Of a stretch of 64,000 nt of DNA, positions 1-9,692 are shown piece after piece (the stretch's first letter is position 1; the number at the start of each line of letters is the position of its first letter). The notes below the pieces were generated by a model. That model did not search any database, was not told the DNA's origin, and saw only the letters and a list, made by a program, of their open reading frames with translations. The DNA comes from Raillietiella orientalis (lineage: Eukaryota): assembly GCA_036172245.1 (NCBI GenBank), contig JAYWIR010000026.1, positions 1,054,001 to 1,118,000 of the forward strand. Reading direction: 5' to 3'. Position numbers and translations under genes: made by a program.

Positions 1-1990
1 CACCGCAACTTTTCGGTTTCCCACACCTATACCATAGCCGCCATCCGGAGAACCGTTCGATCTTTTGCGCTTGTTCTGCACAGATCACGTGGATCTCCTG
101 CAGCAGCGCAAGGTCGTAGGACTCCAGAAGAACGGCCATGTCTCGTCTCCTGCCGGCGTCTGTCATGCCGTTCACGTTCCAAACGACGATGCGCAGACGA
201 CGGCGGGAGGAGATTCCCGGCATTACTGCTGGGAAGATTAAGGTGTGGGGTAGCCCACCTCTTGCGAGGCAGGCATGATATCCATGGGGGTTTCGGCCTT
301 CTCAGGAACCAGAGGCACCTGTTCGGCCTCCACCTCCTCCATCCCCTCCGTGTCCGCGCGTGGGAGTCTCTCGGGCGATGGGTCCCGAGAGTTTCCCACG
401 CTGATGGCACCCTTGCTTGCGGAAGCCATTTCTTCCCCCTCGACGGGGGAGACGAGCTTCCTCCGCTTTCTGAACTTACGTCCAGACTTCCTGCGGGGTG
501 CCGTGGAGACGGAGGCTGCATTTCCGGCCTCCACCTCGGGGTCGGAAGTGGGGGACTCCTGAGGGGAGGCCGGACGCCTTACGGCCTTCTTGCCAGCCTT
601 GGAGGGTTCTGGCTGCAACGAGGCTGCCAGCTCCTCCGCGGCTCGCGCGAAGGCTACGTCATCGATGGTGGTGTCGATGACGGACGCCGCCGCCGGCTCG
701 CTCCCCTCGCTGTTGACATAGTCAACAGAGGGGAGGTCGTCGGTAGCGGCAAGTTCTTTCTGGCAGCGTTCGGCAACATGGAGAACGCGTTCGACGACGA
801 CGCTGCACTCTTTAATTATCGCGCTACCCTGCTCTTTCTTCTTTTGTTGGTAGGCGATTTTTTTTTCCATCCTCCTCTCCTTCTTTGATTTTTTTGCCGT
901 TGCCACTTGCCACCCAATCTCCTGGCCGGCTTTCTCAACTTTTTCGGCGTTGGTCGCCGGAATCTCGGGTGCTGCCTGGGTCTTGGGAACGGGTGGCACA
1001 GTCTTCGCGGCAGCTTTCGCCGCCAGACTTTTCTGCAGAAGCCGGGCGCGTTTTTAAAGGTTTCTCTTGGAAACCACTCGCACTGCTGCTTTTGAGCACC
1101 CCTCCTTCGTGTGACCCATTGTGCCGCATACTTGGCACTGCACGTTGGGACACCTCTTTTTGAGGTGGCCCGACGTATTGCAGAAGCCACATTATTTCGG
1201 CTTCCCCACATACCAGAGTTCGACGGTTTCGCCTTCGGCCTCCAGATTGTAATGAAGAGTGCAGCCCTCCCAAAAGGTCACGCGCGCAGCCGTGAAGCCG
1301 TGTTGTAGCCCCGTGTAGTCCTCGAAAGGACCAACTTTCGTCCACTGCGGGTGGACCGTTCCAAACTGTTCCAAAGCGGCGCGAACCAGTTCTTTGCGCA
1401 TTCGCGCGGTCACGCCTAACAGGTGGACCACCATGCTGCGGTCCGCCGTAGTGGAGAGAAGCCTGCGCGTCTCCATCACAACGGAGGTTTTAAGCAGTCG
1501 TTGGGCCAGCTCTGCATGTTTGCAGATGACCTCAACGTACTGACCCCCGCTGCGGAAGGTCATAGCGCTGAGCTCCTCCTCTTTCACATCGAGAGCGCGC
1601 ATGCCCTTCGAGAAGGCGCGCGCGCTCTCTAAAGAATATAAATTGCCTACCTTGTAGAGCAATGAGGGGTTGTACCCCTCCTCTACATAGCCCGACAATT
1701 CCGCCGCGGCTGCAGGCGATGGCGCCGACACAACGGCGCTCCACGCCCGCGCTGCAGCGGGGACCGATTCCGTGGGGGCGGATGCCCCCACCTCCATCGC
1801 CTCTGGGGGCGACGTTGCCGCCGCCCTCTGGCTCTCTATCGCCTCTGGGGGCGGCGTTGCCGCTGCCCCCTGGCCATCCCTGGTGGTCGCGTCAGGCATC
1901 GCTGCCTGATCGACCACCGAACCACACGACGCTTGCACTGGGGAAGACTTCCTGGCACGAGGAGCACCGAGAAAACACGTCCACCCTGGA
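1..1990 (-). mobile_element. L1/Tx1-like LINE, family E, 5' part (5'UTR, ORF1, start of ORF2 EN); continues off the left edge
   Basis: 5' motif GGACGTGTTTT (1972-1982, minus strand). ORF1 has CGFCNTSGHLKKRC and CQVCGTMGHTKEGC knuckles. ORF2 starts at a TAATG overlap (221-225) with RLRIVVWNVNG..DLALLQEIH. Confidence 0.9.
223..1899 (-). pseudogene. ORF1 (gag-like, RRM-like region + 2 CCHC knuckles) of family E, disrupted
   Basis: ORF pieces 1192..1899 and 238..999. In-frame stop at 1192 before the knuckles, then a frameshift. Homologous to ORF1 at 13142 (WSAVV, YKVGNL, LWYVGKP). Confidence 0.85.
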
Positions 1991-1993
1991 GCG

Positions 1994-4197
1994 CACAAGG
2001 CGTTCGACTGCGTGAACCAGAAGCTGTTCTTCGAGCTTATGGAACGCCTTGGGTTCCCGGCGCAACTCTTGCTGTATTTGCGCGCGTGCTGGCGCCACGC
2101 GCTATCCTGCATCACTTTCAGCGGCTGCCGCGTATATGGTATTCCCGTTCGTAGGGGCATCCGACAGAGCGACAGCTTAAGCCCGTTGCTCTTTAGCATC
2201 TTCTTTGAATTGGTGCTGAGAGCGTACAGGCTGACACTGTCTCACTTGCCATGCTCCTCCCCGGGTACGCCTGCCGTGGCCGCCTACGCTGATGACCTGC
2301 TTCTTCTGCTCCCCATGTCCACCCCGGCGTCCAGTGTCGAGAATTTCTTCGACCTGCTTCGTCGGGGAGCGGGCGTGAGCGTGAACAGAGAGAAGAGCGT
2401 GGTCGTTCCTGTGGGTGCGTCGTGGGAGGGGCAGTCCGACTGGATCCGCCTGGGGATCCCCACGGGCGGGTACTTTAAGTACCTTCGTGTTCTGTTGGGC
2501 GCTCTCCGCGCAGCCGAAGCGTGGGCGGAGTGTCTTCAGAAAGCAGAGTTCGCCATCATCCCGTTCATTAACGGCAAGTTTACCTTGCAGGAACGGGCGA
2601 CTATTTGAAACACCTTTGTGGTCCCCCTCCTCCGTCCCTTGTTTTTTGTTTTGGAATCCCCCCTATGCGGCGGAACAGCGGGCTACACGCCTGCTCAGGA
2701 ACGCTCTCTGGGGTCCTTTGAGATCCAGGATCCGCCTTAAAGATTTGGTTGCTCCTAGTCGTGATGCTGGTTTAGGTATCCTGACAATGGAGCGAATCGG
2801 ACTGCAGGTGCAGTTGCGACTGCTTGCACTGTGTGCCCAGCTATGGACATGCCCCCTGTGTGTGCCACCACGCATTCTCCTGCGGAGATGCGCCGGCAGC
2901 AAAGGATTTACCTCGCTTTTGCCGGGCACTCAATACAGGAAGCGTGGTTTCGGGTTTCCATTGCGGCAGTTGACCGCACTTCTGGAAGCTCACTCGTGGA
3001 TCTCCTGCCGCTTAATGAACTTTATAGCTCGGCGGCAGGAGTCTGTTTAATCCTGGGCGGCGTTCCAAGGAATACGCCCTGAAGATGTTCGCCCCCTGCG
3101 CCAATTTTTTCCACGATCCTTGGAAGAAGTACTGGAGGACTAGGTGAAGTTTTCTACCCTGGCTGCCACGCCTCTTTCCGCAGCGCTGTCTGCTCTCAGG
3201 GCAAGAAACGACAGTTGCGAACCGGCGAGGTGGGAGGTTTCCTGCACGAGAGCGGCAAAAACCAAACTCCTTGGCGCCTGGAAGACGAGTGAGGTGGCGG
3301 ACACCGCCACTTCTCGTGTTACTGCAAAGGGACTCCTCCGGTGGGCAGAAGAACTTGCTGTCACCCCCGAAGAACTTGTAGTCCCTCCACAGTGTATTGA
3401 CAGTTCGCTGCTCCTTCTTGCTTGGAAACAAGCCGTAATGCTTTTCGTTCACTGGGGTTTTCAGTGCAACCAACGTTGGCATCGTGACTCCGGGGGACTT
3501 GCGTCTGCGAACTGCGTTCGTTGCGGATCGACAGAGTCGATTCCGCACCTACTTCTGGACTGCGGTGCCCTACAAGGACCGTGGTGCAGTCTGGCAACAG
3601 CACTCTCGCATCCCGTGGACACCGCAAGAGATTTGTTGCTACGATTCTTCACGCCGAGCGGGCTGTCACTAAGCGCAAGGATTGCAACCATCGGTTGCAT
3701 CCGCGCGATAGTTTCCGTCCGCCAGGCGTTGGTAATCAACGGACAGCACCAAGAGGTAATCAGCAAAGCATCCTTATACATGGGAGCATCCGCTAGATGG
3801 CCTCATTTGACAGAGGAGACAAAAAGGAATCTCGCCGCAATACACCGCCGGTTTACACACCCTCAGCAGCGGCCAACCCGGTGATCATTGCCCTACCCTC
3901 CATAAACTAGTTTTGTATTTTCTTTTTACACCCGCGTCCCCATAGGCTCCGGAACATTTTAGGTGCTCATCGTTTAAATCCCCATGAGTACGGAGCCTAA
4001 CCAAAGACCCGTTACCCTTCCCTCCAGTTTTTGATTTTTGTTTGTTTCCCCTCATTCCCCCCACGCTGCGAGCGGTTTGTTTACCAGTCTTGCGTGCCGG
4101 TAATTTTTCTATGTTCTCTGTCGTTCTGTTGGTTGGGGACATTGTCCCTGACCAGTTTATTATTATTAATAAACGCCCCGGCGTGACCGGGTGATAA
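1994..4197 (+). mobile_element. Family A LINE copy A1, 3' half (RT from HKAFD onward, C-terminal domain, 3'UTR)
   Basis: Near-identical to 7897-9670 (GIRQxDSLSP, YADD, CVRCGSTESIPHLLLDC). Several nonsense changes. Ends AATAAACGCCCCGGCGTGACCGGGTG-ATAA. Confidence 0.93.
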
Positions 4198-4284
4198 ATT
4201 TCAATCGAGTGCGGACGTGTTTTTCTTCGCTCTCGTCTCCGTGCTTTCATCCGCTTCATCTTGGCGTCGTACATTTTGACGACG

Positions 4285-6193
4285 ATGTCGACCCAACCCG
4301 AAGCTACTGAAGTTGGAGGAACAGCATCCGGATCTGCAATCGCGAAACCGACGGCCGCCTCCACTTCGTCTTTCTCGCCAATGGAGAGGAGATTTGCTGA
4401 CGTTGCTGCCACAGCAGCCGTCAAAGGGAAACTACTCGACGAATCGGAGTTGCGGGCATACGTAGCCCAAGGCTATAGACCTGCTCTCCGATATAAGGTG
4501 AGTGGTTTTCTTTCTGCGCGCGACGGGAATCAGTTCAACGATGAACTGACCCGTGTTGGCGTGTGGGAGGAGGACCTTCTCGCCATTATGCCCGTAAAAG
4601 ACATGGGCTATTTCAAGGTGCGTTGCAAAGACGCTGCACTTGTGCAACGCTTGCTGCGCACCCCGTTGTCGATCCGTGGTTAGAAGGTCTTCCCGGCCGC
4701 CATGGACGACTCATTTGTGGTGGAGATTTTCGACATCGAGTCGGAAATCTCCGATATTGATATTCGGAACGCGTTGGCAAAATTCGCCACGGTCCATGCG
4801 TAGCAACCTCAAGGACTTCCCGTCCATACACAGCGGAGTCGCTGGAGTCCGGCTTACAATACCGGACCGCCGTCTGCTGCCCACCAAAGTACAGGTGAAA
4901 GACACAATCGTTCACCTGTGGTTCGTGGGCAAAGTAAAAACGTGCGAGCAATGCGGGAAGGAGGGGCATTGTTTGGATAAATGCCCCTCTGGAAAATGCC
5001 GTTATTGCAAACTATCCGGGCACCAATTGAAAAATTGCCCGGATCTTTTGCGAAAAAAGGCAGCCGCGGAGCTTCATCTTAAGAAACAAAGCGCGGATAA
5101 AAAGAAAAAATCTGCGAAAAACCTGGAGACCCCACGGCAGAAATTCCGAAAAAACGCGAGGCGGATTGTCGCCCCAAAGCAGCAGGAAACCTCGCACGCG
5201 AAGCCCTGCGCGCCCCCTCTCGCGGCAGGAAAGCCGCAAAAGAAAGGGTGCGGGGAATCCGGGACAATGATAAGTCCCCCTAGGCGCAATAGCTGTCCTT
5301 TCCAAGCACGCCCGGCTCTCTCGGAGTTCGAGCAACCGGCAGGGACGTCAATGGACAACGGCGGTAAGGACACTTCCAGTACCGTCAGATCCATCCCTTC
5401 ACCTCCTGCAGTGGCTGAGAAGCCCAAATCGGGTAAGAAGGGTTGTGCCGTGTCGACTTCGAAAGTCGGCAAAAAAAAATCCGCGTCGCGATCCAACACC
5501 GCGAAAGCGGAGAAAAATCTCACGCCATCGCAGTCGGAGAGCAAGCTCTCGACTGGCGCGGATGCCATGCCAACGAAGGGATTGAAAGCCCTTCCGAAGG
5601 CAGCGTCCATGACGAGCGTGTCGAAGCCATCGAAAGTGCTACCGTCCAAAGACGCGGATGGCTTCAAAGATGGCAATGGAGCACAATCTCCATTTACGGC
5701 GCCACGCGAAGTGAGGAACCGTAATGAAGTAAAGAAGACTTCAGCAAAGGTCCCTCGTGCAACTGCGCGGGAGCACGCTGAAAACGCGTGCGCCGGGAAA
5801 GCAGCCGTCACCAAAAGCGATGCTCTGGAGACGGAAAAAGACAACAGGACAGCTGTCAATCCAGCAGAACCTGTCACTACTTCGCGGAAAGCCGAAACCC
5901 GATCGAACATGCGCCGGTCGGACTCCAAAATGGATGCCGTTCCGATCACCGAGACGAGGACAACTCGTTCGAAAGCGTGTGCGCGCCGATCAAAAGTAGG
6001 CAGCCAGGCAACGCTCGCCGCGAAGCAACGCGAAGTCTCCACGAAACCCGACGGGGTTCAGCCTGGCGTGGAGGCATTACATGCATGCAGCACGACAGAG
6101 GACGGTGGCGACCGTCCCCTTCAGCCAGTCGTGCTGCTCGCCGTCTGCTCGCCGGATAAAGCGAGCAAAAAGCCGCCACCTTCCCAGCAGTAA
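4285..6193 (+). pseudogene. ORF1 of A2 (CCHC zinc knuckles, long K/S/A-rich tail), disrupted
   Basis: ATG at 4285, TAG at 4681 and a frameshift near 4800. Knuckles CEQCGKEGHCLDKC and CRYCKLSGHQLKNC. Confidence 0.85.
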
Positions 6194-8958
6194 TGCGGGG
6201 AATCGCGTCTTCTCGTCGTCTGTCCGTAACGTGTTGGAACGTGAACGGACTACAGAACGACGAGAAGAGGAGATTAGTAGCCAACGCCCTGCGCCCCTTC
6301 GACCTCGCGCTCCTGCAGGAGATTCACGTAATCTCCGACGAGCAGGCAGCCGAAATCGAGGAGCGCGCAGGCGGAACGCTACATTGGCGGTGCGGCGGCG
6401 CACACACGTGCGGCGTCGCGTTCCTCGTAAGAGGAAAAATGGCGGAAGCGGTGCGTAGTGTTCGTTTCGATGACGACGGACGGATAGGCCAGCTTGTCAT
6501 CAAGTGGCCCGAGTCCATCGATCTCGTCGTTACGAACGTCTACGCGCCGAGTGGCTCTCGCTACCTCGAAGAAAGAGTAGCCTTCCTTGGTGAGGTGCAG
6601 AGCCACTGGCTCAACAACTCCGGTTTCCAGGTGGCGCACCTCGTCGCTGGGGACTTCAACGTCCGCCTGCTCTCCGACGATTGGAGCCGCCCGAAGGAGC
6701 GCGCGCTGCCCATCGAGATGTGCGCGTCCGTGCACGCCGCCAACTTGATGGTCAGCGAACCTGGAATGAAAGGATCGCTCGATCACGTTTTCCTCGATAA
6801 AAACCTGCATTCGCGTGTGGGTAGGAGAGCAAGATTGTTGACTAGGCTTTCTGACCACCACAGGTTGGAGTTTGAGATCCTTCCGCCAGGCAGGGGGCCT
6901 CCGTTGCAAAACTGGAGGATGCAGGCGGATTGGCTTAGCCAACCGGAGGCTGCGGAGCATCTACGTGGATACCTCCGAGGCTTTGCCATTCTAGAACTTG
7001 CGGACTGGGACGATCTCAAAAGATGTGTCCGCGAGTTCTGCTGCCAATTCCCCTCGCACCGGCTTCCACGCGGTTTCGGAGAGGGCGTGGCCAACAGTAG
7101 AGACTTTCTGCAGGCCCGCACGTTTTCGAGACGCGCGGATGTCGGGCGTCTCGCAGAGTACAAGGCGATGGCTGAGCGCCAGGTCTGGCAGTCCGGAGCA
7201 GCATGCCTGTTGGACGACAAGGGCCAGGAATGTTCGGCCCCAGCCGAAGTACGCCGCATTGTGAGACGCTACTACTCCTCACTGTACGCGGAATCCCCGA
7301 CGGAGGATATTCTTTCTGAGATACTCCTGTCTCAGGATGCTCGTGTTGTCGGCGAGGAGGAACGCGAACGTCTCAACGAGCCCTTCACGGCGGATGAATT
7401 TTCGTCCGCAATCGCTGGGCTGAAGAGACGAAAGGCGCCAGGCGAGGATGAACTCCCTGCAGAGTTTTATCAGTGCTTTGCAGTGGAGCTCATTCCCTTG
7501 ATGCTGAAACTTGCGACGCTGATGAGTGAATCCGGGAATGTCCCGGATTCCTTACGCTCAGCGAAGGTGCGTCTCCTGCCGAAAGGCGGAGACTTGCGTC
7601 AACTTAACAACTGGCGTCCGATCACCTTGGTGAACTCGGACGTCAAGTTGTTTTCCAAGCAGTGGGTCGCGCGGTTAGGAAGTATCGCGGAATCTGTGGT
7701 GAGCCCGGAACAAACCTACGCGGTTCCGGGACGATCCATGGAGGCGAACATCCTTTTCGCGCGTACATGGAAGCAGCTGCAGGAAGTTGTGGCGCAGCAA
7801 AGCCAGGCTGCTGCGAAAGTCACTGCCGCAGGCAAGAAGAACAGGCGCCGACGGCAGGAGGGAACGCCAGGTGCCTTGGCGGTCGCGGTCGATCTCCACA
7901 AGGCGTTCGACTGCGTAAACCAGAAGCTGATTTTGGAGCTTATAAAACGCCTTGGGTTCCCGGCGCAACTCCTGCTGTATTTGCGCGCGTGCTGGCGCCA
8001 CGCGCTAACCTGCATTACTTTCAGCGGCTGCCGCGTGTATGGTATTCCCGTTCGTAGGGGCATCCGACAGGGCGACAGCTTAAGCCCGTTGCTCTTCAGC
8101 ATCTTCTTTGATTTGGTGCTAAGAGCATACAGGCTGACGCTGTCTCACTTGTCAAGCTTCTGCCCGGGAACGCCTGCCGTGGCCGCCTACGCTGATGACC
8201 TCCTTCTTCTGCTCCCCATGTCCACCCCGGCATCCAGTGTCGAGGATTTCTTCGACCTGATTCGTTGGGGAGCGGGCGTGAGCGTGAACAGAGAGAAGAG
8301 CGTGGTCGTTCCTGTGGGTACGTCGTGGGAGGGGCAGTCCGACTGGATCCTCCTGGGGATCTCCACGGGCGGGTACTTTAAGTTCCTTGGCATTCCGTTG
8401 GGCGCTTTCGGCGCAGCCGAAGCGTGGGCGGAATGTCTTCAGAAAGCAGAGTTGGCCATCAGCCCGTTCTTTAACGGCAAGTTTACCTTGCAGGAACGGG
8501 CGACTATTTGGAACACCTTTGTGGTCCCCCTCCTCCGTCCCCTGTTTTTTGTTTTGGACCCCCCCTATGCGGCAAAACAGCGGGCTAAGCGCCTGCTCAG
8601 GAACGCACTCTGGGGTCCGGCGAGATCCAGAATCTGCCTCAAAGATTTGTTAGCTCCGCGTCGGGATGCTGGTTTAGGTATCTTGACAATGGAGCGAATC
8701 GGACTGCAGGTGCAGTTCCGACTGCTGGCACTGGGTGCCCAGCTATGGACATCCCCCCTGTGTGTGTCAGCCCGCATTCTCCTGCGGAAATGCGCCGGCA
8801 GCGGAGGATTTCTCTCACTTTTGCCTTGCACTCAATACAGGAAGCGGGGTTTCGGGTTTTTATTGCGGCAGTTGACCGCACTTCTGGAAGCTCACTCGTG
8901 GATCTCCTGCCGCCCAATGAACTTTGAAGCTCGGCGGCAGGAGTCTGTTCAATCCTAA
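6193..8958 (+). CDS. ORF2 of A2: AP endonuclease + reverse transcriptase (C-terminus continues disrupted to about 9670)
   Basis: 921 aa ORF with WNVNGL, LQEIH, NVYAP, GDFN, LDHVF, SDH (EN) and KAPGEDELP, WRPITLVN, DLHKAFD, GIRQGDSLSP, YADD, KFLG (RT). Confidence 0.95.
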   Translation: MRGIASSRRLSVTCWNVNGLQNDEKRRLVANALRPFDLALLQEIHVISDEQAAEIEERAGGTLHWRCGGAHTCGVAFLVRGKMAEAVRSVRFDDDGRIGQLVIKWPESIDLVVTNVYAPSGSRYLEERVAFLGEVQSHWLNNSGFQVAHLVAGDFNVRLLSDDWSRPKERALPIEMCASVHAANLMVSEPGMKGSLDHVFLDKNLHSRVGRRARLLTRLSDHHRLEFEILPPGRGPPLQNWRMQADWLSQPEAAEHLRGYLRGFAILELADWDDLKRCVREFCCQFPSHRLPRGFGEGVANSRDFLQARTFSRRADVGRLAEYKAMAERQVWQSGAACLLDDKGQECSAPAEVRRIVRRYYSSLYAESPTEDILSEILLSQDARVVGEEERERLNEPFTADEFSSAIAGLKRRKAPGEDELPAEFYQCFAVELIPLMLKLATLMSESGNVPDSLRSAKVRLLPKGGDLRQLNNWRPITLVNSDVKLFSKQWVARLGSIAESVVSPEQTYAVPGRSMEANILFARTWKQLQEVVAQQSQAAAKVTAAGKKNRRRRQEGTPGALAVAVDLHKAFDCVNQKLILELIKRLGFPAQLLLYLRACWRHALTCITFSGCRVYGIPVRRGIRQGDSLSPLLFSIFFDLVLRAYRLTLSHLSSFCPGTPAVAAYADDLLLLLPMSTPASSVEDFFDLIRWGAGVSVNREKSVVVPVGTSWEGQSDWILLGISTGGYFKFLGIPLGAFGAAEAWAECLQKAELAISPFFNGKFTLQERATIWNTFVVPLLRPLFFVLDPPYAAKQRAKRLLRNALWGPARSRICLKDLLAPRRDAGLGILTMERIGLQVQFRLLALGAQLWTSPLCVSARILLRKCAGSGGFLSLLPCTQYRKRGFGFLLRQLTALLEAHSWISCRPMNFEARRQESVQS

Positions 8959-9692
8959 GCGGCGTTCAAAGGAATACGCCCTGAAGATCTTCGCCCCCTG
9001 CGTCAATTTTTTCCACAATCCTTGGAAGAAGTACTGTAGGCCGAGGTGAAGTTTTCTACCCTGGCTGCCACGCCTTTTGCCACTGCGCTGTCTGCCCTCA
9101 GGGCAAGAAACGACAGTTACCAACCGGCGAGGAGGGAGGTTTCCTGCACGAGAGCGGGAAAAACCAAACTCCTTGGCGCCTGGAAGACGAGTGAGGTGGC
9201 GGACACCGCCACTTCTCGTGTTTCTTCAAAGGGACTCCTCCGGTGGGCAGAAGAACTTGCTGTCACCCCCGAAGAACTTGTAGTCCCTCCACAGTGTATT
9301 GACAGTTCGCTGCTCCCTCTTGCTTGGAAACAAGCCGTGCTGCTTTTCGTTCACTGGGGTTTTCAGTGCAACGAGCGTTGGCATCGTGACTCCGGGGGAC
9401 TTGCGTCTGCGAACTGCGTTCGGTGCGGATCGACAGAGTCGATTCCGCACCTACTTCTCGACTGCGGTGTCCTACAAGGACTGTAACGTAGGCTGGCAAC
9501 AGCACTAGTGCATCCCGTGGACACCGCAAGAGACTTGCTGCGACGATTCTTCACGCCGAGCGGGCTGTCACTAAGCGCAAGGATTGCAACCATCGGTTGC
9601 ATCCGCGCGATAGTTTCCGTCCGCCAGGCGTTGGTAATCAACGGACAGCACCAAGAAATAATCAGCAAAGCCCCGGCGTGACCGGGTGATAA

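Larger units (their letters stand above)
4207..9692 (+). mobile_element. Family A LINE copy A2, near full length, flanked by TSD ATTTCAATC
   Basis: 5' motif at 4213-4224, ORF1 + ORF2 and terminal hairpin. ATTTCAATC at 4198-4206 and 9693-9701. Lacks about 407 bp before the hairpin compared with A1. Confidence 0.95.

Noticed and set aside
1900..2199. N-terminal extension of the 335-aa ORF 1192..2199
   Set aside because: It is antisense of A1 RT plus the E 5'UTR read across a junction; the real ORF1 start is ATG 1899.
4168..4206. Recurring hairpin repeat as a CRISPR repeat, attC site or bacterial terminator
   Set aside because: Spacing is kilobases and irregular, and every copy is the 3' terminus of a LINE; there is no cas or integrase gene and the context is eukaryotic.
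5074..6042. Long antisense ORFs (e.g. 5074..6042, 18146..19177, 20081..21046, 21887..22633)
   Set aside because: Shadow frames of GC-rich ORF1/ORF2 sequence with no independent motifs.
6193..8958. Bacterial RT system (group II intron, retron, DGR) or LTR element
   Set aside because: N-terminal APE endonuclease, upstream CCHC ORF1, 5' truncations and TSDs define non-LTR elements; no protease, integrase or LTRs.
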